The notes beneath the pieces were generated by a model, which was not told where the DNA came from, did no database searches, and worked only from the letters and a program-made list of their open reading frames with translations. From Macrostomum lignano (lineage: Eukaryota): a DNA stretch of 64,000 bases. Position numbers and translations under genes: made by a program. Location: positions 1 to 64,000 of the forward strand of contig NIVC01003532.1 in NCBI GenBank assembly GCA_002269645.1. Direction: 5' to 3'. Positions 34,908-47,045 of the stretch are shown here, piece by piece (the stretch's first letter is position 1; each line of letters starts with the position of its first letter).

Positions 34908-36424
34908 CTTGCAGTCGACCGATTGGATACAGGTTGATTAGCAACTTCTTCTGACTCGATATGTGATTTGTATGTCGGTGGCAAATGCACCAGAGAACTT
35001 GTAAAAAGCTGCAACGTTGCTTCAACAGAAAAAATCATTCGAAGTCGGATGAATAAATCAATATTTGGTGAAGTAGGACAAAGCTTACATGGGAATTTCA
35101 GCTATGTTGAAAGAAAGTGAGTTCTTCGTTCGGTGAATTATTCTAAGTGCAAGAGTGGCCTACGCCTGAAAAAAGCGACATAAGTTTTTATAAAAGGATT
35201 TGTTTTCGGACTTTCAATACCGGATCTCATCAATGAAACATCTGCAATGTTTTTTATATGGAATTGCGAAGCTTTGAAAGCTAAAGACTGCTGCTGAAGT
35301 ATTCGAAGCCGAGAGTTATAGTGTGCTTTCATCAGTCGTCGCAACAGTTCGCTTTTCATATCAAAAGCTTTGAACGTTGACTCCAATCAAAATGACTTAC
35401 TGTTTCTGAAAAAGTTCACAGATTTCGGCATGGGACTCAAGCCAGAACGGAAGTCGGTGACGTCATGAATTGCAAAAATCTGTATAGCTTTTGCATAGAT
35501 TTTGCGATGAGACGCCTTTTTGAGAACTTGGACATCTGATCTTTGATTTTCAATCCATTTAAAGTAACAAATATTTTATACTAACCAAGTTATCGTAGAA
35601 GTAGCTTATCGCAGTAGGAATATTTGCAAATTTTAATAGAAGTAAATATTGTTTTCTTATATTATAATTTTAATTATATTATACGCTCCTATTATTCACT
35701 GAATGGCTTGTCGGTACAATGTCATTGTAGTTTTCTTCATCTGATAATTATATTGTGCATATGTAATGGAAGTACTTCGTGTAAGGCTTTCGATAGATTT
35801 AAAACATCTGAACGCATTTGTCCGTGAACGGAAAGAATCCACTGTACGGTACATCGAATCGCTTTACATGACACATCATCGCCAATTTGAATAGTTTTGA
35901 TTCTTGCAAAAGAAAAGGCATGATAGTATGAAAGAAATGTTAACGAAGTTTAGTGGCTATGTTTGTAAATTGAATTGGAATGGAACTTTTATTAAGGTAT
36001 TTTTTAACTGTTCCAGCAGGCTCCTACCTAGTTATCCTTATCCTTCACACTCCAATCTCTTTCTTTCTTTTTTCATCAGATCCTCTTTGATCCTAGTCTG
36101 CTTTCACCCTACTCTCCACCGTAATCTGCATCCTCTACCTCTCGCACTACCGTTATGATGTTCTATCTCATTTGCCTACATTTTCACACTAAAAAACGTA
36201 GGCAAACAGTTAAAAAAAGTCTCGTAAAGTCAAGAAGCCAGATCGGGCAACTTCAGATGGTGCTGCGGTGCCAGTGAGCCGACATAGTCCGGCCGTTCCA
36301 TTGAAGCCATCAGAGGCCATCACTTAGACGATGCAGATGACTTCAGGCTTGGTCCCGCCCGAATTGAAGTCCTAAAGGTGCTGGGCGAAATAACCGTTAG
36401 CCCCCGCACCCTTGAATCGCGGCA

Positions 36425-37355
36425 TCATGCAGAATCGTTGCTGCCGCCAGTCTGACCGAAGATGCTCGATACAGAGCGAACCAGTTGGCTCAGGATGTCA
36501 CCTGCGCCGCAAAATGACATCTGCATCGCTGACGAGCTCCCGTTGGTGGCGGCTGCAGTTACCGACTGGCCGTTGATGTCGGTGACGCCTCCGCCTGCAA
36601 ACTGATGAGCCACGTCAGCGGCATTCGCCGTCGAGTAGCACCGTCGGTGGCTTCGGCCGTTGCCAGCTGCAGACGACATCGCAGAGTCGCTGGCGAAGTC
36701 TTCCAGCCGCTCCCGGTTGGTGTTGCGAACATCGTCACCGATGGCTGCTTGGATGCCGCCGCTGTCGCTGACATTGCTCTGACTGGCTGCAACCGGTGAC
36801 ATCGCTGGAGAACAGGGAAGGGTTGAGCTGATGCTGGAGGCACCAATTTAAAAAGTGTAATGTTCAAGTGTTTCCAGTTTCATCAACTCATTTCACATGT
36901 TCATCGATCGATCATGTTAGATCGTTTAGCTCCTAACTTTCTAGCTACATGTATACTATGTAATGCTTTTTTAGGCCTTCATCTTTTACTCAAAACGGGA
37001 TGATTCAGTGTCTTGAAATCATAGCGTGATTTTTTTCTGGAGTAGAACTGATTGATGGATGTTATTTTAGACTTGACGGGGGGTCATTTTGAAGTTGATT
37101 AGTGACATTTTGGAGCTCTCTACCTTCCGACTGTCCATAGCGCCCGCCTCTGTCAGGTGAAGCTGATCCGGTTTCGAAGCTGACTGCCATGGATGACGCG
37201 GATCCTGCAGTCGATTGTTGATGCAGCGACATAGCAGCCCGACTCAGACTTTGGAGTCCATGAGCATCTGCATCTGTAGGAAGCGACAGGTCGTCTTCTG
37301 CTGACAGTCCGCTGAATTCCGAGGCCAGGTCCGGCTCGCTCGTTGTGTTTGGCAT
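36425..37355 (-). CDS. Two-exon orphan gene, Ser/Ala/Gly-rich low-complexity protein, 203 aa (exons 37355-37124 and 36804-36425)
   Basis: GC-rich coding-like exons; donor gaag|gtagag and acceptor cccttccctgttctccag join in phase 1; TATAAATA ~40 bp upstream of ATG. No recognisable domain. Confidence 0.55.
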
Positions 37356-37392
37356 TTCCGCAGGACAGAAGAGGGAGAGGCTGGCACAATAC

Positions 37393-37400
37393 TATTTATA
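37393..37400 (-). promoter_or_regulatory. TATA box of the orphan gene
   Basis: tatttata on + = TATAAATA on -, 38 bp upstream of ATG 37355. Confidence 0.45.
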
Positions 37401-38667
37401 AGCGGCCAGCTAGCTATAGCTGTTTACGGGGAGGAAAACAGCGTACGTAGAATTATACATTGAAATTTACTACGAGCTACCTTTTATTTCGCTACTTGTC
37501 AAGAAATTTCCGTGGCAGTTCCATGGAAAAACCGCGGCATATTTTCAAACCCGGATCCGTAAGCCTTGTGCATTCAGTGTATAGTTTAGAACTAACTGCG
37601 CAAACTGTAGGCCTGGCCTGCATTATGAGAGTTGTGAGTTGTGCCTTATTGTTGAAGGTTTCCTTTTCTCTAAGGCTGTTTCGAATGACAAAAATTGTAA
37701 TTACATGACTAGCAAACATTTCTGTTTAGCTGCTTTAGCAAATGATATCTGCTAGGTGGGATGGCTTGAAAGAGAATGGATTTCCAGAAGGTGGATTCCC
37801 AGTGGCTTAGAAATAGAATTCCAGAAGAGCTGCGAGCGTACAAAGGATCGGTACTGAATTCTCTGGGTGAACAGTTTGTTGCAAATGTGCGCGCTATTTT
37901 TATCGCTATAAATAGAACACGAGCATGTGCATGCGTGGATTTACAGTTTTGGTAGATGTGCGTCGAAAACTGCACTAGCGAATCAGAATTTTTAACCGAC
38001 TTCTTATTTTCCCTTCTAATTGTTCAATGCGTGTGTATAAATGGAAAACCCAAAATCTGAGCAACAATCACGCCAAGTACGTGTGCATTCACTGCTGAAA
38101 CAATCGTACGATACTGAGCACGCAAGCTTTCCGGACATCATTCAGCTATTGTGCTAAGGTAGGGAATCTGCAGTGCAATTAAGGTATTTTAGAAACCATA
38201 TACATTAATACGTTCAGCTGAGTAAAGAATCAAAACCATACTCGACCTATTTTAATCATTAGCCGCTTTACTTAGTTTTTCTTAGTTTTCTTAGTTCTTC
38301 ACAATTCCTTTTTCACTTACTAGTTTTTCACTCACTTACTTGTTATACTCTCGTACATGTATGTGTTAAAAGAGTATAAATGGGTGTAATACGTACAACA
38401 GACAAATTAAAGTTTGAATTTGCATAAATCTACACGAGTATACATTATATCAATTTGAATAGGCTGTAGATGAAGACCGAAACGAGCTAGAATATCGAAT
38501 CGCATAGCGTCGAGGCGTTATGACTTGTTTTGGCCAAGCAGCCTATCTACACTTGGCAACATTTAAAAGTTTTCACTCTTATGCGGGCGCGAAAAATCGT
38601 CAAGACTGTTAGTACTTTTGACCATAGACAAATAGAGTAGCTGAAAATTCTTTCAGTGGGTGGAAAC

Positions 38668-38899
38668 AATACACCTTTTCACGTTCAATTTTGAACAAAG
38701 TCCAGTTCTAAAAAAACTAGCGGAAATTCAATTCGGACAATTCAGACTGGGGACAATTTTGTCTATGGCTAAACCTCGCTTCCGTAGCAGAATGTTTTGA
38801 ACTGGGGTTTGTTGCCCCAGTCTGAATTGTCTGAATTGAATTTCCGCTAGTTTTTTTAGAACTGGACTTTGTTCGGGATTGAACGTGAAAAGGTGTATT
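38668..38899. mobile_element. Hairpin MITE: ~90-bp near-perfect inverted arms with ~55-bp spacer
   Basis: aatacaccttttcacgttcaa...cagactggggacaa versus ttgccccagtctg...gaacgtgaaaaggtgtatt; possible TA TSD. Confidence 0.75.
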
Positions 38900-39289
38900 A
38901 GCGTTGTAGTTGTAGTCTAAGCTATTTCACGGCTATTTCACGAATTCATGGGCGGTATGAACAAAAAAAGAGATACTTTTTTTTCTTGCAAGAAAGCGAG
39001 AATTTCTTGGCTTTTAATGAATAAGAAAATTACTTTTTCTCGCGAGAATTTCTTCTGAAGATTTTCTTATGAGATTTTGAGACAAGAAAATCTTGCTAAG
39101 AAAATCTGTGAAGAAAAAGATTTTCTCGCTCTCGTATGAATAAAATCACCCTTTTCTCAATGTCTGTGTAAAAACTAGAGTTTTTGACGAGCTCCTTCTT
39201 CTAAAGCTCAGACACTGAATTTCTATCACTGATTTTTTTTCTTGCTTTAGATTTGAAATGTTTGCATTAATAAGGAAGCGCAAGGCGTA

Positions 39290-39720
39290 TCAGCCACGAC
39301 AGGCCTCTCCCCCTGGCATACCACCAGCTGCATCGGTTTTCTGAGGAACACGTGTCCCTCCTGGCAGAGAACTTTTTGCGGGAATCAACAGAGACCAGAG
39401 GTGGTGCTTTGTCTTCCAAGCAGAAGATAGAGGTCGCTTTGCGATACCTCAACAATCCCGGCTTCTAGTCGGGCGTTGCGAAAGAGACTGGCGTACATCA
39501 GAGCACAGTGTCAAATACTGTCTGGGATGTTTTGCAGCAGATTGCAGCACACTCAATCGACTGGATTCGCTTTCCACGAGACCTTGCAGAAGCAAATGAG
39601 GTAAAGCTCCGATTTTCCGCAGCCACTGGATTCCCATCTGGGATTGGAGCAATAGACTGCACGCATGTTCGAATCGAGAAGCCTGCAGGAGTTTTCGGGG
39701 ACGAGTATATCAATCGTATG
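39290..39720 (+). mobile_element. PIF/Harbinger (HARBI1-like) transposase remnant, truncated, in-frame stop
   Basis: ALSSKQKIEVALRYL...PGF*...QSTVS...FP..IGAIDCTHVRIEKP...YINR; TAG at 39466; coding similarity ends after YINR. Confidence 0.85.
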
Positions 39721-40753
39721 CCGAGATTTTCTCGATTTTTATTCATACCGCCCTGGGAGAGAGAAACTACTGCCTCTGTGTTAGACCCCGTTCCACTTCT
39801 CTATCCCAAGCATTCTGATTGTAGCTCGTAAATGCATCAATTGTTTTGCATAGAATACAGCATGCAGAAGAAGTAAGATCCTATCTCATTCTTGCTGCTG
39901 CAGCTTTTAATTTAAATATGAGCTCACGATCAGCCTCAGTCTCTCCTCATTCCTCAGTCAGCTTCCAATCCTGCGCCAAGTAACCCTACAAAAGTTGTTG
40001 GAAAATATCACAATGTATTCTGGCACTGTACGCGATAGGAAAAAAGAAAAACAATTAAGAACTCCAGAGTATGATCAGATTTTGGTTCAAATGGCATCCT
40101 TGAGACGGCAGAACCTACATGTAACACACTATATTCACCCAATTTTCAGATAGCAGCTACTTCTACCGACTCTCTAGCGGCTCTCGTCAGCTTCGGCTGC
40201 TCCCAAGGCGTTGATCTTGAACCTGTAGGAACTCGATGTGTGCGCAGAATTATTTCGATCAACCAACTGGGTCTTGTTCAAAGTGGAGTTGTCGAGTTAC
40301 AGATACGAATTTTGCCTTCCTACGGGTATTGGCATTCTCAGCCTCAGAGGTAATTCCACTAAGCATAGCAATGCTTAAAATATCAAAAAGAATTTTTACA
40401 ATAGTCTTAAGAGTTTACTGTGAAAAAACCAACAATGATAATCTAAATTTCCATCAATTTAAACCGAAGTTAATTACTAAAATCAATACCGAAAATTTTT
40501 AGTTCCATGTTAAAGTGGCAAACCCACGGAAAGTCCAAGGAAATGCCTTCTTATCATTTGGCCAAATTTACCGACCATTAAAAATAGACTGTACGCTCGT
40601 ACAGCCTGTACAACTGAATTCTAAAAATAGCTCCTCCGTATTCCCCACAGTACACACCGTGTTCTAAAAGCCCGAGACAAGAGAGTTGAGAGTTTAGTAA
40701 TGGTGCAGTGCAGTGCATACAGTTCGTAAAATTGGACATCGTTGGCATGGATA

Positions 40754-40804
40754 ATTTTTTCTCCTTGCTTTTTGGGCGCCCCAAAGGTGGTATAGATTGC
40801 TAGT
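40754..40804 (+). mobile_element. Helitron-like 3' terminus (GC hairpin + CTAG|T), copy A
   Basis: ctccttgctttttgggcgccccaaaggtggtatagattgctagt, homologous to 60862-60915. Confidence 0.5.
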
Positions 40805-41065
40805 CCACCTTTAAAAATAATAATTACACCTGCCCAATGGGCAGATGTGCAACTGACAGCTCAACTATTGCGCGGGGCATCCTGAAGGCTGCGTACGGCT
40901 GTTTACTCCAAGGACTAAGGGGACGCCACACACACACCTCAGTTACCCCAGCTAAAGCTGGCCCATTTTACAGCTGGGTGAACTGAAGCAATGCAGAGTT
41001 AAGTTAAACATTGTTCCAGGTGGGTCGAAAATCAAACCCCGACCTTTCGTGAGTCCGATGCTGAA
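40805..41065 (-). mobile_element. SINE-like element with conserved central motif and (TAA)n tail
   Basis: Minus strand: degenerate tRNA-like head, cttcagttcacccagctgtaaatggg (resembles the central motif of Meta/Nin-type SINEs), tail taattattattttt. Confidence 0.45.
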
Positions 41066-41520
41066 AACAATAAACTACAACCCCTATAAGCTTTAGAGCT
41101 TTTAGTTTTTGACAGTTGTTCCTAATAACATTTCATTATTTAAAGATCAAATTAAAACTGTTTTAGAGAGAAACGACTTTCAACAAGAGGCTACTGAAGC
41201 ATCGAGATAACAAAATAATAAATTGATAAAAACAACTGCTACACGACTTTTTTCTCCGAGGATTGGTTTGAATCATGAATCATCTCAACTTTCGAAGCGT
41301 GCTTCAGTGGCAATTGGACTCATCTTATTCAACTCAAACGGTCCAAATTCAAAATCAATCCCAGCGACAAGCCGTAGACATCAGCGATGTTGAGCTCACT
41401 AGCAATGCGGTCATGGAAACAGCAGATTTTAATAGAGCTCAATAAACAGACAATACAATATCAAACCCAAGTGTTAAAAATTCATTAGCTGTTGCACTAA
41501 AAGCCATAGCTGACACAGAA

Positions 41521-43233
41521 ATGGCCAAGCAGCGAATGCTCATAGCAGCTCAGCATCGAGTTTCAACATACTTTGGTACACCTGACACGCGACAATTGGT
41601 ACAAACAGGTAAGAGCAAGGTGCTGCGGTACTACAAAAACAGCACACCTGGTGGAAGAGCGTCCTCCGTGCCGCAGACTCTGGACTTCCGCAATCAGCGA
41701 TGGGACACGAGTGGAATGCCCGCCTCGATTCCACAACACCTGTGGGACATGAGACGAGAGGAGAACAGGTGGCAGTCCTTCCACCTGCCAGATGCCAGCT
41801 TCACAGCGGCTCACCTGGTGTCCGTGACGGATCTGGCTGCTGACGGATTCTTCTACCTGCAGGAGTCGGACAGAGTAAAGTGTGCATTCTGCAAGGGTGT
41901 GCTCAAGGACTGGGAGGCGGGCGAGCAGGTCCGAGAGGCTCACAGACGCCACTTCTCCACCTGTCCGTTCGTGCTGTTCGTCGAGGTCGGCAACGTGCCT
42001 CGAGACCACAGAGAGCCGGAAGGAGTCTCGAGGTCAGCAAAGCTGGTAGAGGCAGTGCAATGCTGTGATCAGACTGCAGATGATGATGCAGCAGTGATGG
42101 TGAACGGAGACTGGAGCATGAATCTGGTCGCTGAGCTACCACCGATGGAGTTCGCTGGACTGAACGAGTGGGCGCTGGCGACACGCGCAACTATTGGAAC
42201 GAATGCAGAACGCGTTGTGGACGATAAGCTGGTTGCTTTCGACATGATGAAGGGTCCTCAGCTTCCAGTGTCGAGTGAGGTAGCGAGATCTGCGTGCTCC
42301 GAGAGAGCTCTCACGAACCTGTCCGCTCTGCAGCACAGTGTCGAGAGTGATCCATCGAGTGTGACTGCCAAACACGCACAGTTCGAGACCTACCAAGCGA
42401 GGTCGCAGTCTCTGCACTCGGCTCTCGTTCAGCAGCCAGTGTACTTGCTTGCAAAGGCGGGCTTCTTCTACTCGGAAGCCGAGAGAGCGACCTGCTGCTT
42501 CAGCTGCGGACTCTGCATGAGCGAGTGGAGCTGCGACGATGATGTGTGGGTTGAGCACGCCAGGTGGTCACCTCGGTGTCCTCACGTGTTGTTGGAGCGA
42601 GGTAGCGACTTTGTACAGGCGGTGCATCGACTGTCGCCTCCCGTGCAGCACCCGACTTGTGGCGCCTCTGCTCAGCGTCACACTGCATTGGTACAGACGG
42701 ACTCAACTGCATCAGCAGGTGCTGCGACTGTCGACGGGTCCGCAGTCCGCAGCAGTCGCGCAGACGAGGCTCTCGCAGTCACTCCTGGAGTCGAGTTTAG
42801 AGTCGAGGCCAGAGACATCAAGGCGAGAGCCGACCTGCCCGTTGTGAGACTGCTCACTCAACTCGGATTCTCCGCCCTGCAAGTGAGACTGTTCACAGAG
42901 CTGCATCTCAGACAGCGAGGCGATGACTTTGCCACATCGGAGCTGTTCCTCGACTTCATGCTCACCGAGAGCCGCCGCATGCGCAAGCAGTCGCAGGACC
43001 CGGAGGCGTTCTTCGAGAGCAGGATGTCTCAGATTCGGGAGTCTCTGAACCAACAGCCGAGACACCGAGACACAACCGACTGGAAGACGTGCAAGGTGTG
43101 CATGGACAAGGAGGTGAACATCATGCTGCTGGACTGTGGTCACGTGGCCTGCTGCTCAGTGTGCGCCAAGTCGCTGAAGACCTGCCCCATCTGCAGGGCC
43201 TTCATCCGTGGCTCAGTGTTTATTAAGATGTAA
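41521..43233 (+). CDS. IAP: IAP copy 3: BIR-BIR-UBA-like-RING; upstream in-frame extension from ATG 41275 is broken by TAA at 41443
   Basis: 570-aa ORF with two BIRs and a C3HC4 RING; upstream frame homologous to the copy 4 N-terminus. Confidence 0.9.
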   Translation: MAKQRMLIAAQHRVSTYFGTPDTRQLVQTGKSKVLRYYKNSTPGGRASSVPQTLDFRNQRWDTSGMPASIPQHLWDMRREENRWQSFHLPDASFTAAHLVSVTDLAADGFFYLQESDRVKCAFCKGVLKDWEAGEQVREAHRRHFSTCPFVLFVEVGNVPRDHREPEGVSRSAKLVEAVQCCDQTADDDAAVMVNGDWSMNLVAELPPMEFAGLNEWALATRATIGTNAERVVDDKLVAFDMMKGPQLPVSSEVARSACSERALTNLSALQHSVESDPSSVTAKHAQFETYQARSQSLHSALVQQPVYLLAKAGFFYSEAERATCCFSCGLCMSEWSCDDDVWVEHARWSPRCPHVLLERGSDFVQAVHRLSPPVQHPTCGASAQRHTALVQTDSTASAGAATVDGSAVRSSRADEALAVTPGVEFRVEARDIKARADLPVVRLLTQLGFSALQVRLFTELHLRQRGDDFATSELFLDFMLTESRRMRKQSQDPEAFFESRMSQIRESLNQQPRHRDTTDWKTCKVCMDKEVNIMLLDCGHVACCSVCAKSLKTCPICRAFIRGSVFIKM

Positions 43234-45649
43234 TTTGCTTAAACATTAACTTAGTTTTCGTTTTAAACATAATATAATTTAGCAGTGTCTGTAATTTTTC
43301 TTTCGGGTATTGACCCAAAATTATTGACCCCACCTGTGCCTTCATGAATTTATAATCTATTTAGAAATTTTCTTCCTTTTTTATTCTTCATTCTTTATTT
43401 TCCTCGCTTGTTGCCTTCTAAAATAAATTTAATTCGCTGTACTTATCTTTCATCAAAAAATGAATCATAGGAAATAATATTGCTGTTCTTTGCTTTAATT
43501 CTGTTTCTACGCTGTTATTACCGCGTGCGCATGCTTCGTACCCCATATCCTTGATTTTTATCGTACTCGTACTCGTACATTTTCAATGGTTATTTGCTTG
43601 TGAACGGGAACCAAAATAAATAGATTCTCCTTAATTGTAGCTTTTACCGCGCGTGTAATGCAAGCTAAAAGCTACTGTTGTAGAAAGAAGACCCCAATTT
43701 CATATGTATTGCTGTCTTCTACATTTTTTGTTGAGATTAAAGATGATAGCTACGGAATAGCTATCATATAGCGAATACTCTAACTGAGAATTACAGAACC
43801 GGGTTTAATATCCTACATGTACATAAGCATGGCTTGTTATAAATCAGATTGAGCTATAAATGTATGTGAAACTGGAAGTTTCAGGCTGTACATTAATGGA
43901 AAAATCGAGAAGAATAGTACCTGAATAAAACCGGAATAGTAAGAGATTGTCGTCAGAAGTTCTTTGTGAAAATCTTTCTGACATTGTTTTCGAGTAACCC
44001 AGAGATAAAAATCTAGACATATACGGTGAACCTGCACGTGTCTAGATGATAATGCTTTGGAGAAGGTCGGTAGCGGATCGGAATGCTCCCTCCTGCAAGG
44101 GTTCAGAGAGAATACATGATTGAGAAAAAGAATCCATACCTGTATAATAAAAACTTCTCAGATTAAAAATAAAAAGGGGATAACATATTATCACGAGTAA
44201 GATGAGGCGCCGCGGCCTATATATCGCATAATTGGATGGCACCAAAATTCCATGAATTTTGTTAGCAATGTAAACAAAAGTTAAATTTGTCATGCAGATT
44301 AGGCAAGACTCCAGCTGTTGAATTTTCCAGGCTCAGTGGAGCGTTCGTGTTATCAAAGCTGGGCTATTCAAGATTATTCTGGATATACAGGTACGAGCGT
44401 AAGTAGAATGATGGATATACATTTTTATACACCATGTATTTTATGTACATGTAGACCTAGCGAAGGGGTAGATTGAAATTAACCGATGTTGATCCTTGAC
44501 TAATAAGACAATACTCTTAGATAGAAAATACTAAAACAATACTACGAGCGTAAAATGAAGCTTTTGATCGTTTTCACTAAACTTAGTCTTTGTTGAACGG
44601 TTGAGTATATAGATTTACGACGTATTCGATATTTATTCTCGTATTTCGCAGAAGGAACCAGTTCCCTAAACATACATGTACATGTACATGTATACCAGAC
44701 CAAGTCTTACATGTAATTGGATTTCGCAAATCTCATTCTGTAGCATCTGAAAGTGAGCCACCGCTACATTGTAAGCAGTAAATTATTTTGGAGAAAATTA
44801 AAGTCACCATAATTTCGTCGCAAGCAGCTCAGCCGATAGCAAATGAAAATAATAATGCTTTCAAATAACTTGTTTTACTTGAGTATACGAGCGTATTTTC
44901 TTCTTCATTTAGTTCAAACTCCACGGTGGTCATCAATTGTTAGCATAGAAGCAATGATTTAGATGTAAATTGCAAGTACATGTACATGTATATAGCCATA
45001 CTGCTTATATAAAGTGGTAGGAATTAAAGCTACGTCGACAAAAAGTTACTCTTTGTATTTTGTGTTTCTCCCAGTAATAATGCGCGCCTGCTTCTGTTTT
45101 TTGTTTTTTTTTCTGCCATGGGTTCTTCCCGTACAGCAATCTGACGTCGTGGTGACGTCTGGCCGTCGATGTCAGGTTGTACTTTTACATTACGCCAACG
45201 TCGGATTGCTGTACGAGCTTGTCTGTCCCACCCTGTAGTCCCGCGTTGTTAGAAATGACAAGCCAAGGCGAGCAATTGCTATGAAACGAGAATCACGACA
45301 GTTCTGAGCCAATGCTCAGTGCAAAACTATTTATTATCAACGATGTAAACAGTGCGAAGCCCCGCCCAAGTCCAACACGCGTCATCCTGCACTGGTTTCA
45401 CTCGGTGGGTCCTCATTTATCACCACGGCGTACCCCCCCCATTCGTATCCGGTGGCTCATGAAAGCTTTCATAACAGCCTAAAGTGTACATGTGTATGCT
45501 GCCCGTCCATGGCCAGACTAGAATGTAGCCAGCTCCCTTTTCTTAAATGCCCCTACTGATACCTATAAGCCCAAGCCACCGGCACTGACCAGCTCATGCC
45601 CATAAGCTAATTTTTGTTAATTTATCAATTCTGTCTGCTAATTAGCTGC

Positions 45650-47045
45650 TCTGCAGAATATAGCTCGTACCGTATATTCTGTGGCTAAGCTCTGCAGAAT
45701 ATACTGTATATTCTGTGGCTAGGCTCTGCAGAATATACTGTATATTCTGTGGCTAGGCTCTGCAGAATATACTGTATATTCTGTGGCTAAGCTCTGCAGA
45801 ATATACTGTATATTCTGTGGCTAGGCTCTGCAGAATATACTGTATATTCTGTGGCTAAGCTCTGCAGAATATACTGTATATTCTGTGGCTAAGCTCTGCA
45901 GAATATACTGTATATTCTGTGGCTAGGCTCTGCAGAATATACTGTATATTCTGTGGCTAAGCTCTGCAGAATATACTGTATATTCTGTGGCTAAGCTCTG
46001 CAGAATATACTGTATATTCTGTGGCTAGGCTCTGCAGAATATACTGTATATTCTGTGGCTAAGCTCTGCAGAATATACTGTATATTCTGTGGCTAGGCTC
46101 TGCAGAATATACTGTATATTCTGTGGCTAAGCTCTGCAGAATATACTGTACATTCTGTGGCTAAGCTCTGCAGAATATACTGTATATTCTGTGGTTAAGC
46201 TCTGCAGAATATACTGTATATTCTGTGGCTAAGCTCTGCAGAATATACTGTATATTCTGTGGCTAGGCTCTGCAGAATATACTGTATATTCTGTGGCTAA
46301 GCTCTGCAGAATATACTGTATATTCTGTGGCTAAGCTCTGCAGAATATACTGTATATTCTGTGGCTAAGCTCTGCAGAATATACTGTATATTCTGTGGCT
46401 AAGCTCTGCAGAATATACTGTATATTCTGTGGCTAAGCTCTGCAGAATATACTGTATATTCTGTGGCTAGGCTCTGCAGAATATACTGTATATTCTGTGG
46501 CTAGGCTCTGCAGAATATACTGTATATTCTGTGGCTAAGCTCTGCAGAATATACTGTATATTCTGTGGCTAAGCTCTGCAGAATATACTGTATATTCTGT
46601 GGCTAGGCTCTGCAGAATATACTGTATATTCTGTGGCTAAGCTCTGCAGAATATACTGTATATTCTGTGGCTAGGCTCTGCAGAATATACTGTATATTCT
46701 GTGGCTAGGCTCTGCAGAATATACTGTATATTCTGTGGCTAAGCTCTGCAGAATATACTGTATATTCTGTGGCTAAGCTCTGCAGAATATACTGTATATT
46801 CTGTGGCTAAGCTCTGCAGAATATACTGTATATTCTGTGGCTAAGCTCTGCAGAATATACTGTATATTCTGTGGCTAAGCTCTGCAGAATATACTGTATA
46901 TTCTGTGGCTAAGCTCTGCAGAATATAGCTCGTACCGTATATTCTGTGGCTAAGCTCTGCAGAATATAGCTCGTACCGTATATTCTGTGGCTAAGCTCTG
47001 CAGAATATAGCTCGTACCGTATATTCTGTGGCTAAGCTCTGCTAA
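45650..47045. repeat. 34-bp tandem array, each unit containing a 21-bp palindrome (cagaatatac-t-gtatattctg), ~40 copies
   Basis: Unit gctctgcagaatatactgtatattctgtggcta(a/g); no unique spacers, so not CRISPR. Confidence 0.95.

Noticed and set aside
43830-44330. Minus-strand hydrophobic frames with a possible 47-nt intron, vaguely like a chemoreceptor
   Set aside because: Stops present, no convincing 7-TM set or family motif.
45650-47045. CRISPR array interpretation of the palindromic 34-bp repeats
   Set aside because: Units are contiguous with no unique spacers, there are no cas genes, and the context is eukaryotic.
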